Below, piece by piece: positions 60,909 through 64,000 of a DNA stretch of 64,000 bases. Every line of letters starts with the position of its first letter. Position 1 is the stretch's first letter. The notes beneath the pieces were generated by a model. It saw only the letters and a list, made by a program, of their open reading frames with translations. It was not told the origin of the DNA and did no database searches. Location: IMG/VR virus record IMGVR_UViG_3300032116_000009. One strand, given 5' to 3'. The position numbers and the translations under genes were made by a program. The stretch is from a virus. Its lineage: Duplodnaviria; Caudoviricetes.

Positions 60909-62619
60909 CCATTTTACTAAATCCTTTAATTTTATCAAATTTTATCACTTTTTCAAACTTATCCATAAGATCATCCGTCTTATGTGAAATCACAAATACA
61001 TGAGCATCCTGAATGACATAACGAATAATATTTGTGAAGAAATCTGTTCCTGCTCCGTCTAAAGAACTATCAAAAATTTCATCTAGGATGAGAAGATTTG
61101 TACTGGCCGAATTTCTAAGTTTGGCAATGTCTCTCCAAGTAAATAAGAGAGAAAGGTCAATACGCATCTTCTCACCTTCACTAAATGACTCATAACTAAA
61201 ATCTTCATGAACTGGTGACTTAATAACCTCCTTAAACTCTTCATCCAGTGTAAAGTTGATGTAGAAGTCCATCATCTGTAGATACTTGTTTATCTGCTGA
61301 TTCATAAGAGGCAGATACTTTTTGATGATTTTAGACTTCACTCCACCATCTTTCATCAATGAATGAGCAAAATCGTAGTAACTAATCTGTTCCTTTTCGT
61401 TAGATCTATCTTTTTCTATTTTGTCTAGATCTTTTATTAAGTTTTCAAGGGTTTTACGCTCAGTATTTCTGTTTTGAATTTGTTCGGTAATTTCTTGAAT
61501 TTCATGTCCAAGATTTCTGATCTGTTTGTTAAGCCCAGTAATCTTAACATTGTTTGTGGTAATGTCATTGTTGAGTTTACTAATCTCCGTAGAATAAGAT
61601 AAAAATTGTTGGTCTTTCTCTTGTTCTACATTGATGGCATCCTCCAACTCTCGGTATCCATCATTGAGTTCTTTGGATTTCTCCTCGATATCGACAATCT
61701 TATTTAAGCGAAATTCATTCTCTATACTTTGGGTACAAGTAGGACAAACCGTATTTTCCTGAAAAAACTTATGTTCAGAGACAAGAGTTTGAATCTTTTG
61801 TTCTAGTTTTGCCTTGATAGAATTAAGTTTCTTTAGAGTTGAATTTGTACTAGTAAGTTCTTCCAACTTTGGTTGAAGTTCTTTTTCAATCATCATTGAA
61901 ATTCCTTCATTATCAGTATTCAATTCATCAATTTCATTCTCAATAAATTTAATACTATCTTTTTTCTTTTGGATTCTTTCTTTACCACTTTCATCAAGAT
62001 TCTTAATAAAGTTCTCTTGCATTTCAATCTTATCTTCAATCATGTCTTTCTTGATTGAATATTCACGAATGAGTTCATTTGTTTTACGCATTCGTTCTTT
62101 TAAGATATTGTTCATTGTAGAAAAAATCTTAATGTCTAAAAGATCTTCTACAATTTCCCTACGATGGGAAGAAGTTAATTGCATAAAAGGGACGAATGTA
62201 GCCGAACCTAAGATGACTGTTTGGGTGAAAGATTTATAATTAAGTTTTAAAATATTTTCTTCTAACTTTTTCTGCTGATCTTGAGCTGCAGAGTCTTGAT
62301 TTTGTATTGTCCCGTCAATCCAAATTTCAAAAATATTTGGTTTGATACCTCTCACAACTTTATAATTTTTATTACCAATATCAAATTCAATTTCTACAAG
62401 ACAGTCCTTCTCATTCACAGAATTAATAAGTTGTGGTTTATTAATTTTTCTGAATGGTTTATTATACAAAACAAAAGTAAGAGCATCAAGAATTGTACTC
62501 TTACCGGAACCATTAGTTCCTACAATTAAGTTTGTCTTAGCGTCTTGAAAATTTACTTCGGTAAATTGATTTCCAGTAGAAAGAAAGTTACGCCAACGAA
62601 TCGTTTTGAAAAGTATCAT
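60904..62619 (-). CDS. Recombination endonuclease ATPase subunit (gp46, SbcC/Rad50-like)
   Basis: GTNGSGKS, CPTC zinc hook, FSEGEK, LILDE, VISH. Confidence 0.96.
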   Translation of the reverse strand: MILFKTIRWRNFLSTGNQFTEVNFQDAKTNLIVGTNGSGKSTILDALTFVLYNKPFRKINKPQLINSVNEKDCLVEIEFDIGNKNYKVVRGIKPNIFEIWIDGTIQNQDSAAQDQQKKLEENILKLNYKSFTQTVILGSATFVPFMQLTSSHRREIVEDLLDIKIFSTMNNILKERMRKTNELIREYSIKKDMIEDKIEMQENFIKNLDESGKERIQKKKDSIKFIENEIDELNTDNEGISMMIEKELQPKLEELTSTNSTLKKLNSIKAKLEQKIQTLVSEHKFFQENTVCPTCTQSIENEFRLNKIVDIEEKSKELNDGYRELEDAINVEQEKDQQFLSYSTEISKLNNDITTNNVKITGLNKQIRNLGHEIQEITEQIQNRNTERKTLENLIKDLDKIEKDRSNEKEQISYYDFAHSLMKDGGVKSKIIKKYLPLMNQQINKYLQMMDFYINFTLDEEFKEVIKSPVHEDFSYESFSEGEKMRIDLSLLFTWRDIAKLRNSASTNLLILDEIFDSSLDGAGTDFFTNIIRYVIQDAHVFVISHKTDDLMDKFEKVIKFDKIKGFSKMV

Positions 62620-62872
62620 ATTTTCGGGGAGGAATCACAAAATCATCAGGAGTTATAATTGCATACTTATAATTATACTGGTGGCAAGTCTTTATTGCAA
62701 GTTCTGGATCAACTTCAACAACTTCCATCTCAGGATAATCTTCAGCTTCTAAAAGACCGGCAAATCTTTCAGCGTCATCTTCATCTTGGAAAAAATATAA
62801 TGTCTTATCGCCATGAGTATCCGAAACAGCATATGCACCGTCTTCTTCTCCATATGGCGTGATCATGTACAT
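62588..62872 (-). CDS. Conserved hypothetical protein between gp46 and gp47
   Basis: GAYAV...FFQDEDDAERF. Confidence 0.75.
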   Translation of the reverse strand: MYMITPYGEEDGAYAVSDTHGDKTLYFFQDEDDAERFAGLLEAEDYPEMEVVEVDPELAIKTCHQYNYKYAIITPDDFVIPPRKYDTFQNDSLA

Positions 62873-62874
62873 AC

Positions 62875-63921
62875 TTATTCTATTTCGCAAGCTTCTTGAT
62901 AGACCTCTCGCAAAAGAGTTTTGACTTTTTCCTTATCCAAGTCAAAATCAGAGTCTTCTACATATTTATTTAAAATGGTAATAGTATCTTCTATTTTTTC
63001 TTGATCGAAGTCAACATTATCATCATTGACTTCAAAGTTTTCAACAATCTTAATATCAACTACACCAGTCTTATAGATCTTATCCACAAACTTTTCAAAT
63101 AAAAGTTGATCGGATTTTTTGCGAACAATAATTTTAACAATCTTATCTTTATAAGGAGTTGTATTGAAAAGTTTGGGATTATGATCCTCATAATAAATTC
63201 TTTCAAACATATTATAAGGATTTTGAACAAACTCTAATTGAAAAGTTTCAGTATCAAAGAAATTGAATCCTCGTTTATCATCAACATCATTCCAATAAAG
63301 TTGATAGGCATTACCCAAATAAAAAATCTTACCGTTATTAGAACGAGTGTGGTAATGTCCAGAACAAACGATTCTAAACTTATCAAATACACTAATATCC
63401 ATTCCATGTTGTTGAATATTTCCAGGATAAACACTGAATCCATTCAACTCAAGATGACCAAAAGCAGCTTTTGCAGTTGTATCTGAAAGTTTATCTAAAG
63501 TTTCTTGTTGATTCTCTGGAGAAATCCAGGGAATCATAAAGGTTTTAAACCCATCAATTTCATACTCACCGGGACTAGAAATTGGAACAATATTGTCATA
63601 CTCTCTTAACAGGGACTCAATAGAGTTGACTTCATTTGTATTTTTGTAGTACGCATCATGATTACCTACAATCTGATATACGGTTATACCTAGATCTCGG
63701 AATCTATCATATACATTTTCTTTTGCCCAGTTCAAACACCAAAAATCAATTGATTTACGGCTATCAAATGCATCACCAAGATGAATGCAATGTTTGATTT
63801 TTCTCTTTTCTAATTCTGGAAAAAAGATGTCTTCATAAAACTTTTTAAAATAATCATGAAAGGTTTTACTACCTTTTCTAGCCCCATAATGGGTATCTGT
63901 CACACAAGCAATTAATGTCAT
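62875..63921 (-). CDS. Recombination endonuclease nuclease subunit (gp47, Mre11-like)
   Basis: TDTHYG, HLGDAFD, VGNHD, GHLEL, SGHYH. Confidence 0.96.
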   Translation of the reverse strand: MTLIACVTDTHYGARKGSKTFHDYFKKFYEDIFFPELEKRKIKHCIHLGDAFDSRKSIDFWCLNWAKENVYDRFRDLGITVYQIVGNHDAYYKNTNEVNSIESLLREYDNIVPISSPGEYEIDGFKTFMIPWISPENQQETLDKLSDTTAKAAFGHLELNGFSVYPGNIQQHGMDISVFDKFRIVCSGHYHTRSNNGKIFYLGNAYQLYWNDVDDKRGFNFFDTETFQLEFVQNPYNMFERIYYEDHNPKLFNTTPYKDKIVKIIVRKKSDQLLFEKFVDKIYKTGVVDIKIVENFEVNDDNVDFDQEKIEDTITILNKYVEDSDFDLDKEKVKTLLREVYQEACEIE

Positions 63922-64000
63922 TGATACATCTTTGTTTGAATTGCATCTTTAATACTATTATACTCTGCAGAATTGAATCCGTCATCATCTACTGTAAATA
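63918..64000 (-). CDS. 3' end of probable late sigma factor gp55 (partial)
   Basis: ...VDDDGFNSAEYNSIKDAIQTKMYQ*; ATGA overlap with gp47; inferred from T4-like synteny. Confidence 0.6.
   Translation of the reverse strand, partial: FTVDDDGFNSAEYNSIKDAIQTKMYQ

Overview
A 64-kb segment of a T4-like cyanophage (cyanomyovirus; AT-rich, standard genetic code), mostly encoded on the minus strand. 1-8 kb: a partial radical SAM gene, gnd, dps and a large RNA array. I parsed by hand 25 canonical tRNAs covering 19 amino acids (no Cys), two aberrant tRNA-like elements, a circularly permuted two-piece tmRNA and at least two further structured spacers. 8-25 kb: an accessory/envelope island with a tail-lysozyme-like protein, SGNH protein, carbamoyltransferase, 1542-aa fibre, a four-gene secreted module, an autotransporter-like protein, a GH24 lysozyme and a C39 peptidase. 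25-64 kb: the T4 core replication block (nrdB, nrdA, gp61, MazG, gp41, uvsX, gp43, hsp20, regA, gp62, gp44, gp45, CobS-like AAA, peptidase-vWA, gp46, gp47, 3' end of gp55), interrupted by late cassettes. Most notable: (1) a putative capsid-internal protein system, with three ORFs carrying T4-like capsid-targeting N-termini and two large ORFs built as acidic-linker/basic-module polyproteins with [ILV]xE junctions and a shared KNPKKLRKQKAMGE cassette; (2) the permuted tmRNA, whose tag ends in -ALV; (3) a 144-nt closed structured RNA candidate abutting tRNA-Val; (4) a 24-bp palindrome at a near-fixed distance upstream of three -10 boxes. All family calls are from motif recognition by eye; no database searches or folding programs were run.
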